Source: an uncultured Elusimicrobia bacterium (GTDB lineage: Bacteria; Elusimicrobiota; Elusimicrobia; FEN-1173). From it: a stretch of 64,000 bases of DNA. The stretch covers positions 102,403 through 166,402 of the forward strand of contig CAYZXT010000001.1 of assembly GCA_964482515.1 (NCBI GenBank), read 5' to 3'. The position numbers and the translations under genes were made by a program. The notes under the pieces are model-generated. The model did not search any database. It was not told where the DNA came from and saw only the letters and a program-made list of their open reading frames with translations. Positions 43,341-52,135 of the stretch are shown piece by piece. The first letter of the stretch is position 1, and each line of letters opens with the position of its first letter.

Positions 43341-45248
43341 ATGGGACGAAACGGAATGAATCATAGGAAGAAAATGCCGTTCGCGGGATTGATGGTTTTG
43401 ATCGCCGCCGGATTCTTCATTTCCGTCTCGCCGTCCGTGCGCGCCGCCGACAACAGCGATTGCATGGTCTGTCACGGACAGGAGGGGATGGGCGCCCCGC
43501 TTATTGATGAAAAAGAGTTCACGCGCTCCATCCACGGCGGAAACCTCTGCGCCTCCTGCCACCAGGACGCGGCCAACCTTCCCCACGCCGACAAGCTGAA
43601 GCCCGTTTCCTGCGGCAATTGCCACCGCGTGGAAACCCAGATCTATTTGAATTCCGATCACGGCCGCGCCGTGAGCAAAGGCCGCGTGGAAGCGGCTTCC
43701 TGCAAGGACTGCCACGGCCACAGCCATACCCTGCTCAACTCCCGCGATCCGAACTCTCCCGTCAACCGACGCAACATCGCCAAGACCTGCGCCCAGTGCC
43801 ACGCCGACACCGAGCGCATGGCGAAAGTCAAACTGACGGAGCGCGATCCCCTGGATTCCTACAACCACACGATCCACGGCGAGGCCTTCGCCAAGGGGAA
43901 CATCAACGCCGCCGTCTGCAGCGACTGCCACGGCACCCACGATCTCCACGGGTCCTTCAACCCGCAAAGCCGCTTGTTCAAGAACAACATTCCCGACACC
44001 TGCGGGCGCTGCCACCAGAACGTCAGCGCCGTCTTCAAACAAAGCATCCACGGCCAGGCCATCGAGGCGGGGATCAAAGAGTCCCCGGTCTGCACGGACT
44101 GCCACGGCGAGCACACCATCCGCTCGCCCAAGGACCCGTCGTCCACCGTGTGGTCGGGCGCGGTGACGGAAACCTGTTCCGCCTGCCACGACTCGGCGCG
44201 GCTGAACATGAAGTTCGGCCTGCCCACGGACCGGTTGAAAACGTTCCTCGATACCTATCACGGCCTCGCTTCGAAACGGGGCGACCTGCACGTCGCCAAC
44301 TGCGCCTCCTGTCACGGGTTTCACGACGTGCTTCCGTCCTCCGATCCGCGTTCGTCCATCAACAAGCTGAACCTCGCCAACACCTGCGGGCGCTGCCATC
44401 CGGGCGCCGGGCAGAAATTGTCCACCGGCTACGTGCACGGGCCGCCGACCGGGAAGCATTTCGCGATTTCCTGGGCGAAAATTTTCTACCTCATCGTCAT
44501 CCCGTTCACGCTCGGGTTCATGCTGTTGCACAACCTCTTGGACTGGCTGCGAAAGTCGCTCGACCCCGTTCCGGCGCATGAGCAGGTTTCCGAGGACGAC
44601 GGCCCCATCCGACTGACGGTCAACGAGCGCTGGCAGCACGCCCTCTTGATGGCGACGTTCGTCCTGTTGGCCTACACCGGGTTCGCTTTGCGATACCACG
44701 ACGCAGGCTGGATGCAGTTCCTGGCGCCCTTCGGCGAAGACGTCCGCCGCTCGATCCACCGCTGGAGCGCCTTCGTCTTCAGCCTGCTCGCGGTCTACCA
44801 CGTCTTCTACCTGGCGTTCACGCGGCGGGGGCGCTTCGTCCTGAAGGAAATGCTGCCGCTGTGGGCCGACGCGAAGGTGTTCTTCCAGCGGACGGCCTAC
44901 AACATCGGCCTGCGGAAGTCTCCGCCGGACCATAAATCCTTCTACCACTATCCGGAAAAGATCGAGTATTGGTCCCTGGTTTGGGGCTCCCTGATCATGG
45001 TGGCGACGGGCGGCGTCCTGGTGTTCAATAATTTCGTGCTGAAGCATTTCCCGCTGTGGATGTCGGACCTGGCGGGGATGATCCATTACTACGAGGCCGT
45101 GCTCGCCTGCCTGGCGATCCTGATCTGGCACCTCTACGGGGTGATGTTCGACCCCAGCGTCTATCCGATGAACTGGTCCTGGCTCATCGGCCGGCCGCGG
45201 AAAAAGCGGGAATCGCTTCCGAAAAATCCCGGCGATAAACCGTCATAG
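43341..45248 (+). CDS. fusion of an 11-haem c-type cytochrome domain to a C-terminal cytochrome-b (FdnI/HydC-like) membrane domain; CbcL-like
   Basis: 11 CXXCH motifs were counted. The C-terminal about 250 aa has 4-5 TM helices with conserved His (WQHALLMATF, SIHRWSAFVF, MIHYYEAVLA). Start uncertain (TTG 43323, ATG 43341 or 43356). Confidence 0.8.
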   Translation: MGRNGMNHRKKMPFAGLMVLIAAGFFISVSPSVRAADNSDCMVCHGQEGMGAPLIDEKEFTRSIHGGNLCASCHQDAANLPHADKLKPVSCGNCHRVETQIYLNSDHGRAVSKGRVEAASCKDCHGHSHTLLNSRDPNSPVNRRNIAKTCAQCHADTERMAKVKLTERDPLDSYNHTIHGEAFAKGNINAAVCSDCHGTHDLHGSFNPQSRLFKNNIPDTCGRCHQNVSAVFKQSIHGQAIEAGIKESPVCTDCHGEHTIRSPKDPSSTVWSGAVTETCSACHDSARLNMKFGLPTDRLKTFLDTYHGLASKRGDLHVANCASCHGFHDVLPSSDPRSSINKLNLANTCGRCHPGAGQKLSTGYVHGPPTGKHFAISWAKIFYLIVIPFTLGFMLLHNLLDWLRKSLDPVPAHEQVSEDDGPIRLTVNERWQHALLMATFVLLAYTGFALRYHDAGWMQFLAPFGEDVRRSIHRWSAFVFSLLAVYHVFYLAFTRRGRFVLKEMLPLWADAKVFFQRTAYNIGLRKSPPDHKSFYHYPEKIEYWSLVWGSLIMVATGGVLVFNNFVLKHFPLWMSDLAGMIHYYEAVLACLAILIWHLYGVMFDPSVYPMNWSWLIGRPRKKRESLPKNPGDKPS

Positions 45249-45305
45249 GAAGGCAAGGGCGCGGCGTGTAGGAATCGAAATAATTTGCGTAAAAGCGGGG
45301 GGACT

Positions 45306-46244
45306 ATGAAACGACAGCATGCGGCATCATTCCCAATTTCGGCGATAGCGGCGGCGCGGCTCCTTGGGCTGGCCGCCGTTTTGCTTATCGGCGGACCCGC
45401 ACTCCGCGCCGCGGACTTCGTCGGCCCGGACACCTGCGCGGACTGCCATCCCAAGGAATCGGGCGATTGGAAGGGCTCCATCCACGCGGGCGCCTTCAGC
45501 GACAAGTTCAAGAAAGTCTGGAAGGAACACGACAGCCGCCCCGCCTGTCTGGAATGCCACACCACTGGCCATAAGAAGGGCACCGCGAATTTCGTCCACG
45601 CCGGCGTCAGCTGCGAATCCTGCCACGGCGCCATGACGCCGGGCCATCCGGCGGAAAAGATGTCCCTGCCCGTTTCCTCCGAGATGTGCGCCGGTTGCCA
45701 CAAGAAATCCCACCAGGAATGGAAGCTGAGCAAGCACGGGCAAAAGGGCATCCGCTGCTTCGACTGCCACAACGTCCACTCCCAGGGTTTGCGTCTGGGC
45801 GGCGGCGACGCGCTCTGTGGCTCCTGCCACGCAACCAAGCAGAAGGATTTCGCCCACGCCACGCACCACGTGGAAGGGTTGAAGTGCGCCACCTGCCACT
45901 TCCCGGCCTACCCGGACAAGGCGGACGCCATCCAGGGCACGGGCGCGCCCGGGCACTCGCTTTCCGTCGGCGCGGAAGTCTGCTCGCGCTGCCACGAGGA
46001 AATGGTCCACAAGAGCTCGCACATGAACGAACTTCGGACGGAAGTCAGCGAATTTAAAAAACAGATGTCCCTCGCGGGCGTGAACAGCGTGTTCGACCTG
46101 AAGGAGCAGGAACGCGACCTGCGGTGGCGGCTGGACCGGGCGAAGCAGAGCGCCTGGCTGACGGCGCTGCTCGGGTTTCTGGCCGGCCTCGGGTTCGGAT
46201 GGCTCGGCGGCTGGTATCTGCTGCGCAGGAAGTCCGTCAAATGA
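45306..46244 (+). CDS. octahaem c-type cytochrome with C-terminal membrane anchor
   Basis: Signal peptide, eight CXXCH motifs (CADCH, CLECH, CESCH, CAGCH, CFDCH, CGSCH, CATCH, CSRCH), and a C-terminal TM WLTALLGFLAGLGFGWLGGWYLL. Confidence 0.8.
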   Translation: MKRQHAASFPISAIAAARLLGLAAVLLIGGPALRAADFVGPDTCADCHPKESGDWKGSIHAGAFSDKFKKVWKEHDSRPACLECHTTGHKKGTANFVHAGVSCESCHGAMTPGHPAEKMSLPVSSEMCAGCHKKSHQEWKLSKHGQKGIRCFDCHNVHSQGLRLGGGDALCGSCHATKQKDFAHATHHVEGLKCATCHFPAYPDKADAIQGTGAPGHSLSVGAEVCSRCHEEMVHKSSHMNELRTEVSEFKKQMSLAGVNSVFDLKEQERDLRWRLDRAKQSAWLTALLGFLAGLGFGWLGGWYLLRRKSVK

Positions 46245-47128
46245 AGCCGGAACTGAATCCATCGCTCTCGCGGCGTGGGTTCCTCAAGACCGCCGGCGCC
46301 CTCGGGCTGGTGAATTTATTTCCCCGTTCCGCGCGCGCGCAGACCGGCCGGGTCTCCAAGGGGGAAGTCTTCTCCACGCTCGTGGACCTCACGCGCTGCA
46401 TCGGCTGCCGTTCCTGCATGCGCGCCTGCAAGACCGCTAACCGCCTCCCGGGTTCCCAGGAGGCCATGGACATCGCCCATCTGGACCAGCGGCATGAACT
46501 CAATTTTAATATGTGGACGGTGGTCAACCGGGAGGGGAAAGGCGACGCCCTCCGCCACGTGAAGCAGCAGTGCATGCACTGCCTGGAACCGGCCTGCGTG
46601 TCCGTCTGTCCCGTGGCCGCCCTCGACCAAACGCCCCAGGGGCCGGTCATCTACCGCGAAAGCCGCTGCATCGGCTGCCGCTACTGCATGATCGCCTGTC
46701 CCTTCGACGTGCCGCGCTTCGAATGGAACAACGGGCTCACGCCCGTGATCGGCAAATGCCAGTTCTGCGCCCAGGAACGTCTGTTCCGCGGCTTGAATCC
46801 GGCCTGCACGGAATCCTGCCCCACGGGCGCGCTCAAGTTCGGCAAGCGGTCGGACCTGCTCTCCGAGGCCCACGCGCGCATCAAGTCCCGCCCCGACCGT
46901 TACGTCGACCATGTTTTCGGCGAGGAAGAAGTGGGCGGTACCTCGTGGCTATACATTTCGGACGTTCCCTTCGAGGAAGTGGGTTTCAAAAAGGGCCTGC
47001 CCAAGCGGCCCATGCCGTCGCTGACCTGGGACGTGGTTTCCTACATCCCGGCTTTGGTGGCGGTGCTGGCGTCGCTCTTCGGTATGGTCGCCTACAAACT
47101 ATCGAAGCATGAAAAGCGAGAATCGTAA
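46241..47128 (+). CDS. Tat-exported 4x[4Fe-4S] ferredoxin-type subunit (NrfC/HybA/DmsB-like) with C-terminal TM
   Basis: Twin-arginine signal SRRGFLKTAGALGL. Four Cys clusters (CIGCRSCMRAC, CMHCLEPACVSVCP, CIGCRYCMIACP, CQFC...CTESCP). The ATG overlaps the upstream stop. Confidence 0.85.
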   Translation: MKPELNPSLSRRGFLKTAGALGLVNLFPRSARAQTGRVSKGEVFSTLVDLTRCIGCRSCMRACKTANRLPGSQEAMDIAHLDQRHELNFNMWTVVNREGKGDALRHVKQQCMHCLEPACVSVCPVAALDQTPQGPVIYRESRCIGCRYCMIACPFDVPRFEWNNGLTPVIGKCQFCAQERLFRGLNPACTESCPTGALKFGKRSDLLSEAHARIKSRPDRYVDHVFGEEEVGGTSWLYISDVPFEEVGFKKGLPKRPMPSLTWDVVSYIPALVAVLASLFGMVAYKLSKHEKRES

Positions 47129-47191
47129 GTCGTCACCCCGGCGGAAGCCGGGGTCCAGATTAACCTGTATTCCGGCTTTCGCCGGAATGAC
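47129..47191. repeat. double-hairpin REP-like element, copy B (intercistronic)
   Basis: gtcgtc-ACCCCGGC-ggaa-GCCGGGGT-ccag ... ATTCCGGC-tttc-GCCGGAAT-gac. It sits directly between the NrfC-like stop and the GGAGGGGAG RBS of the NrfD-like gene. Confidence 0.7.
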
Positions 47192-47206
47192 GGAGGGGAG
47201 TTTACA

Positions 47207-48427
47207 GTGATCGGCTGGATTTATTTACTGGCGACCACGGGGATTTTGATCTTCATTGCGGCGCGTACGGCCATGGACCGCCCCCTGACGCGCTTTCGTT
47301 GGATCGGGTGGGTGACGCTCGCCAATCTTTGGGTCGTGACCGCCGTGCTGCTGGGGATCCGCTTCATCAAGGGGATGGGCGCCGTCACGAACATGACGGA
47401 CGTCAACCCCTGGGGCGTCTGGGTGGGATTGCTGCAGGCGGGCGTGGCGCTTTCCGCCGGCGGGTTCCTCATGGCGGCGACGGTCCACATCTTCCACATC
47501 AAGCGTTTCGAGCCGGTCCTGAAGCCCATGGTCCTGACCGCGTTCCTCGGCTATTCCTTCGTCGCGACCACTCTCTTCATCGAGGTCGGGCGGCCCTACC
47601 AGCTCTGGCATCCGCTGGTGATGTGGCAGCACCACTCCATCATGTTCGAAGTGGCCTGGTGCGTCACGCTCTACATGACGGTTTTGTTCGTGGAGTTCAG
47701 CCCGGTGATCTTCGAGCGTTTGAAGATGGACCGCGTGGTGAAGGTTTTGCACGCGGCCGCGATCCCCATCGTCATCGTCGGCGTCATACTCTCCACCCTG
47801 CATCAATCCTCCATGGGGTCCATGTTCCTGATCACGCCGCAGAAGATCCACCCCGTTTGGTATTCGCCGCTCCTGCCGGTTTTCTTTTTCGTTTCCTGCG
47901 CGGCCGTGGGGCTTTGCGTCACCATCGTGGAATCCTTTTATTCCGAGAAGATCTTCAAACAGGAGCTCGACCACGAACTGCTGATGAATTTGGGACGGGC
48001 GGCGTCCTTCTTCCTTTTTCTATATGTGGGAATCCGGGTCATCGATATCACGGCCCGCGGCGCCTGGGGTTCCCTGGCCGGACATCCGCTTTTGACGGCG
48101 GAGCTGGTCCTTGAGTTGGTCGTGGGGGGAATTGTTCCGGCTTGTCTCCTGTTGTGGAAACCCGTTTTGCAAAACCGCGGGCGGCTTTTCCTGGCGTGCC
48201 TTCCCGTTTTGATCGGCATCGTGTTCAACCGCCTCACCGTCAGCTGGTTCGCGATGGTGCCCTACACCGGGCCGGGCTATTTCCCGACCTGGATGGAGCT
48301 GGCCATCTCCCTCACCGTCTTCACGGTCCTCGTCGTCCTGTTCGGCCTCGCCGTCAAGTTCCTCCCCGTGTTCGCGCAGGAAGAAGAGGAAGTCGAAGCG
48401 GAAGCGCCCGCCCACCTGCTGAACTGA
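47207..48427 (+). CDS. NrfD/PsrC-family polytopic quinone-interacting membrane subunit
   Basis: 406 aa with about 10 TM helices. GTG start 6 nt after GGAGGGGAG. Its position after the NrfC-like FeS protein fits this call. Confidence 0.8.
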   Translation: MIGWIYLLATTGILIFIAARTAMDRPLTRFRWIGWVTLANLWVVTAVLLGIRFIKGMGAVTNMTDVNPWGVWVGLLQAGVALSAGGFLMAATVHIFHIKRFEPVLKPMVLTAFLGYSFVATTLFIEVGRPYQLWHPLVMWQHHSIMFEVAWCVTLYMTVLFVEFSPVIFERLKMDRVVKVLHAAAIPIVIVGVILSTLHQSSMGSMFLITPQKIHPVWYSPLLPVFFFVSCAAVGLCVTIVESFYSEKIFKQELDHELLMNLGRAASFFLFLYVGIRVIDITARGAWGSLAGHPLLTAELVLELVVGGIVPACLLLWKPVLQNRGRLFLACLPVLIGIVFNRLTVSWFAMVPYTGPGYFPTWMELAISLTVFTVLVVLFGLAVKFLPVFAQEEEEVEAEAPAHLLN

Positions 48428-48871
48428 AAAGTTTTCTCACCTGTAAATCCTCGTTCGTAATATTTTTGATCTCGCAAAAAATTTACATGTCAGCGCAAAA
48501 CAAAAATCACTTCATTAAAACGACACAATTTCAAATCCTGATCTTATTCGTAGTAAAAATGAAAATTAATTGTTGACACTATAAGCAGTTAATTGGCTTA
48601 ATTGCACTTGTTGTAATTGTCTTGATGTTGCGGGGGCTTCAAAGGCGTTTCATTCTTCGCCTGAAGGTTTGACATCAAAAAGATCAAAGCGGTCCTCCTC
48701 GGTATTCTCCTCTCACCCGGCGCTCTCTGGGCCACGGAACTGATTTCCAGCACCGTCGACTCCGGCGGCAATGTTGATCCCAACCAAAACCCTCAAGTCA
48801 TCTCCGTAGGCCAAAGCGTCATAACCTATCCTTACTCCGGTTCGGAAAACCCGAAGGTCGGGTTTGTTTAT

Positions 48872-51800
48872 ATGCTTAACCTGGAATTAAGTACGCCCAC
48901 TCTATTGAGTCCGCTGGCTGGTGGAGAGATCGGCCAAGTGTGTAACTTCGATTGGACAGACGTTGATTCCGCCGTTTCTTATGAGACGCAGATTTCCTCT
49001 GTCAGTGATTTTTCATTCGTCACCTACAGCACGATCACATCCGCTTCATCGGTCATAGTCAGCTCCACTAGCCTTTTGCCTGGAACGATGTTTTGGTGGC
49101 GAGTACGAGCGAAGGACAACCTGAACACATACAGTACCTACAGTTCAACGGGGCCATTTACTTTTGATCTTACGCCTCCTAGTGCCATCACAAATCTTGT
49201 GGCGACATCTACGACCGTTGCAACGGGCCTTGTCCGTTTGACATGGACTGCACCTGGAGATGATGGCGCAACGGGCATGGCAACTCAATATGACATCCGA
49301 TATACGACCATGGGAATTATAAACACAGAAGCCAAATTCTCCGTCGCGACGCAGGCTTCTGGAGAGCCCTACCCACCACTATTTGTGGGAGGAACGGAAG
49401 TTTTTAACGTTCCAGGATTGGATATCGGAAAGACTTATTTCTTTGCGATTAAAACGATGGACAATGTGGGAAATTGGTCAATCATTGACTGGAGCACGGC
49501 AAATATTACGACCCTGTACGATAATGGGCAAGGGACGATTCAATGGATTGGAGAGTTTGATATAAATATTTCAACAGTAGATGGCGGAGGTATGCATGGG
49601 ATGACAATAGATAATCAAGAAAACATCTACATTGTTGATGATACTATTCAAAATTCATACGGAGCGGGAAATAGGATTTTGAAATTTGATTCAAATGGAT
49701 CATACATTACATCGTGGGGAGAGGATTTGTTTCAGGATGTTACAGATATTGTTATTAACAAATCAAATGAATTAGTTGTGTCTGATTTAGGGGCAAATAA
49801 GATATACGTTTTTTCCTCGAATGGAGGAATGCCGTTATATCAGTGGGATTTTACCCAGCCTTTCAAGATGGCTGTAGATTTAAATAATAATATTCTTGTG
49901 CATTCTATTTACGGAAGTGATTTATACATTTATACCTCAACAGGAGGATATGTCGACTCCTGGTCAACAAATCTTTCTATGACTAACGTATCGATCGACC
50001 ATGCAAATAATGTGTATTTGATAAACAATTACGGGCTAAACAATATTTATAAATATACATACCACGGAGATTTTTTAAAATTATTTGCACGTGCTGTAGG
50101 AACAGAAGGGTATTTCGAAGTGCTTAATGATATTAATAATAATGTTTATTCCAGCGTGCGTTATTCTCAGAGCGAACCAACCTGCCCTAATCTTGGTGTT
50201 CAAGAATATAATCCAAACGGGGTGTATGTTTCATCTTATGTTGATGGAGCTTGTTCTAATATTGGTTATTCTGGAGGATTTGGAGCAGCTGGAGGAGTAC
50301 CATTACAAATAGAGATTTCTACAATTACAAATAATATATATATCGGAGATCTTGTCCGTCGAAGAATCCAAATTTTCCGTCAAAGTTTCTCCGATATCAC
50401 CCCTCCTGCCAAAATCACTTCGCTTGTAGCAAGTTCGCCTAGATCTAATTCAGTCTGTTTAACCTGGACCGCTCCCGGGGCGGATATTTATACCGGAACA
50501 GCAAGTTCCTACGACATTCGCTTTGCCACGTTTTCAATAAACAACGGGAATTTCTCGTTAGCATCGCAATGGACTGGTGTGATTCCTCAATCCTCTGGAA
50601 ATGTGGAGATAACAACAGTTAATGTCCTTGCCGCCGGAACAACCTACTTCTTCGCCGTCAAAGCCATCGACAATAATGGGAATGTTGGGCCGCTTTCTCG
50701 ATTGGCAATGGCCTATACTCCAATCAACCGGACACTGTTAATCAACGAAGTCGCGGCAGCGGAGACCAATGACTTTGTTGAATTTTATGTGGCTGAAAGA
50801 ACAATGGCGGGTGGATTCTCCCTTTATGAGGATGATACGCTCGTCAAGCAATTCCTCAGTACCGGCGCTTGGTCGTCGGAAATAGCCTCGGGGACATACA
50901 TCACGCTCCATTTTAACGGGGACCCGGCCAGTGATGGCGTTCCGTCGTCCACCACAGCGACTGCTTTCGATATTTATACGGCCGCGGCCGGTCTCGACAA
51001 TACGGACAGCGTGCTCTTATTGAAGGATAGCGGTGGCGCTTTGATCGATATGGTGGCTTACGCAGATCAGAGCACAAACACTCTGTCGGGATCGTTTCAA
51101 GGAAAACTCGTCAGCGGCAAACAGCAGGGGCAATGGAACTTCGAAAGCTCCACTCCCACCAAGTTTGATTGCGTGAATTCCCGCGGCATGACCCAGTCCG
51201 GCCGCGCCATTGCCCGCGATCAATTCTCCAGCAAAAGCGCAGCGCAACCCTCCAAGTATGACTGGGTCTATCGTACAGACTTATCGCCCGGCTCCGTGAA
51301 CAGCTCTACTTCCGCCTCCTCCGGCCTAGGGGCGGCTTGGATTGCAGATTTGAACGGCGTCGCCATCTCCACCATCACTCCCAATACGAATCGCACTTTA
51401 GTCTTTAATTATCGCGTCTCGACGGCCATCACAAGTAACGACGGCTACATGCTCACCATTGATATCCCCAATGGTTGGACTCAACCAACTCTTGATGCAG
51501 GACCAGGCCATATCGCTATAAGCACACCGGCTTTGTCCACCGCCACTTATAACGTTTCTATCGCCGCGGGGATTTCAAGCGAGATAATCGGCCGGATCAT
51601 TGTTCCTTTGGGCGCGCTTACAGGCGGAACCACGGTTCAGGTCGTCTATGGAGCCGACAGTTACGCGACAAGCCCATCCACCGCGGGTGTGTACATGTTT
51701 ACCGTGAGGGATGATCTGACAGGAACCAATGTCCTTGATATATCTTCGTCCCCCAGCCTGGGCGTTGGAAGTTCTGGTGGGATGGGGGCGCCACAGATCG

Positions 51801-52135
51801 CTGTCATCACTGGTCCCGATCCGACTTTCACCTTGGGCGAAGTCTACAGCTTTCCGAACCCGGCTAAGAAAGGACGACGGCCCACGATCCACGTGGAAGT
51901 GGGAATCGCCGATTCCGTCAATTTGAGGTTCTATGATGTGGCCGGGGATTTGGTCCATGAGACCGAGTTGACCGGCACGCCGCCCGTCATAGACGACGGC
52001 CAGGGTCCGCAATACGCCTATGAATACACTTGGAGCCAGAACGTGGCCAGCGGCGTCTACATCTACGCCATGCGGGCGAAGAAGAACGGTTATCCGGACC
52101 TGCAGAAGATCTCCAAGCTGGCGGTGATCCGATGA
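48872..52135 (+). CDS. large surface protein: Fn3-like domains, NHL-repeat propeller, lamin-tail-like domain, T9SS type-A C-terminal sorting domain (true start probably upstream, see findings)
   Basis: - Fn3-like domains: PPSAITNLVA...LTWTAPGDDG...YDIRY, twice.
- NHL-like repeats: NRILKFDSNGSY, NKIYVFSSNGG, NNIYKYTYHGDF.
- Lamin-tail-like LLINEVAA..NDFVEFYV.
- C-terminal sorting domain VYSFPNPAKKG...ASGVYIYAM...KLAVIR. Confidence 0.8.
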   Translation: MLNLELSTPTLLSPLAGGEIGQVCNFDWTDVDSAVSYETQISSVSDFSFVTYSTITSASSVIVSSTSLLPGTMFWWRVRAKDNLNTYSTYSSTGPFTFDLTPPSAITNLVATSTTVATGLVRLTWTAPGDDGATGMATQYDIRYTTMGIINTEAKFSVATQASGEPYPPLFVGGTEVFNVPGLDIGKTYFFAIKTMDNVGNWSIIDWSTANITTLYDNGQGTIQWIGEFDINISTVDGGGMHGMTIDNQENIYIVDDTIQNSYGAGNRILKFDSNGSYITSWGEDLFQDVTDIVINKSNELVVSDLGANKIYVFSSNGGMPLYQWDFTQPFKMAVDLNNNILVHSIYGSDLYIYTSTGGYVDSWSTNLSMTNVSIDHANNVYLINNYGLNNIYKYTYHGDFLKLFARAVGTEGYFEVLNDINNNVYSSVRYSQSEPTCPNLGVQEYNPNGVYVSSYVDGACSNIGYSGGFGAAGGVPLQIEISTITNNIYIGDLVRRRIQIFRQSFSDITPPAKITSLVASSPRSNSVCLTWTAPGADIYTGTASSYDIRFATFSINNGNFSLASQWTGVIPQSSGNVEITTVNVLAAGTTYFFAVKAIDNNGNVGPLSRLAMAYTPINRTLLINEVAAAETNDFVEFYVAERTMAGGFSLYEDDTLVKQFLSTGAWSSEIASGTYITLHFNGDPASDGVPSSTTATAFDIYTAAAGLDNTDSVLLLKDSGGALIDMVAYADQSTNTLSGSFQGKLVSGKQQGQWNFESSTPTKFDCVNSRGMTQSGRAIARDQFSSKSAAQPSKYDWVYRTDLSPGSVNSSTSASSGLGAAWIADLNGVAISTITPNTNRTLVFNYRVSTAITSNDGYMLTIDIPNGWTQPTLDAGPGHIAISTPALSTATYNVSIAAGISSEIIGRIIVPLGALTGGTTVQVVYGADSYATSPSTAGVYMFTVRDDLTGTNVLDISSSPSLGVGSSGGMGAPQIAVITGPDPTFTLGEVYSFPNPAKKGRRPTIHVEVGIADSVNLRFYDVAGDLVHETELTGTPPVIDDGQGPQYAYEYTWSQNVASGVYIYAMRAKKNGYPDLQKISKLAVIR

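Noticed and set aside
48667-48673. A programmed +1 frameshift of the prfB type (SD-like GAAGG, then GUU UGA C) joining the 15-codon leader to the adhesin frame.
   Set aside because: The context resembles prfB only superficially. tRNA-Val re-pairing from GUU to UUU would mismatch at the first codon position, and the SD-like element has the wrong spacing for the prfB mechanism. An ATC start or a simple homopolymer indel is more economical. It is kept as an alternative in the finding on 48622-48874.
48598-48783. A 61-aa - strand ORF in the AT-rich leader of the adhesin gene.
   Set aside because: It overlaps the + strand signal-peptide-encoding stretch. It has no RBS and no recognisable features.
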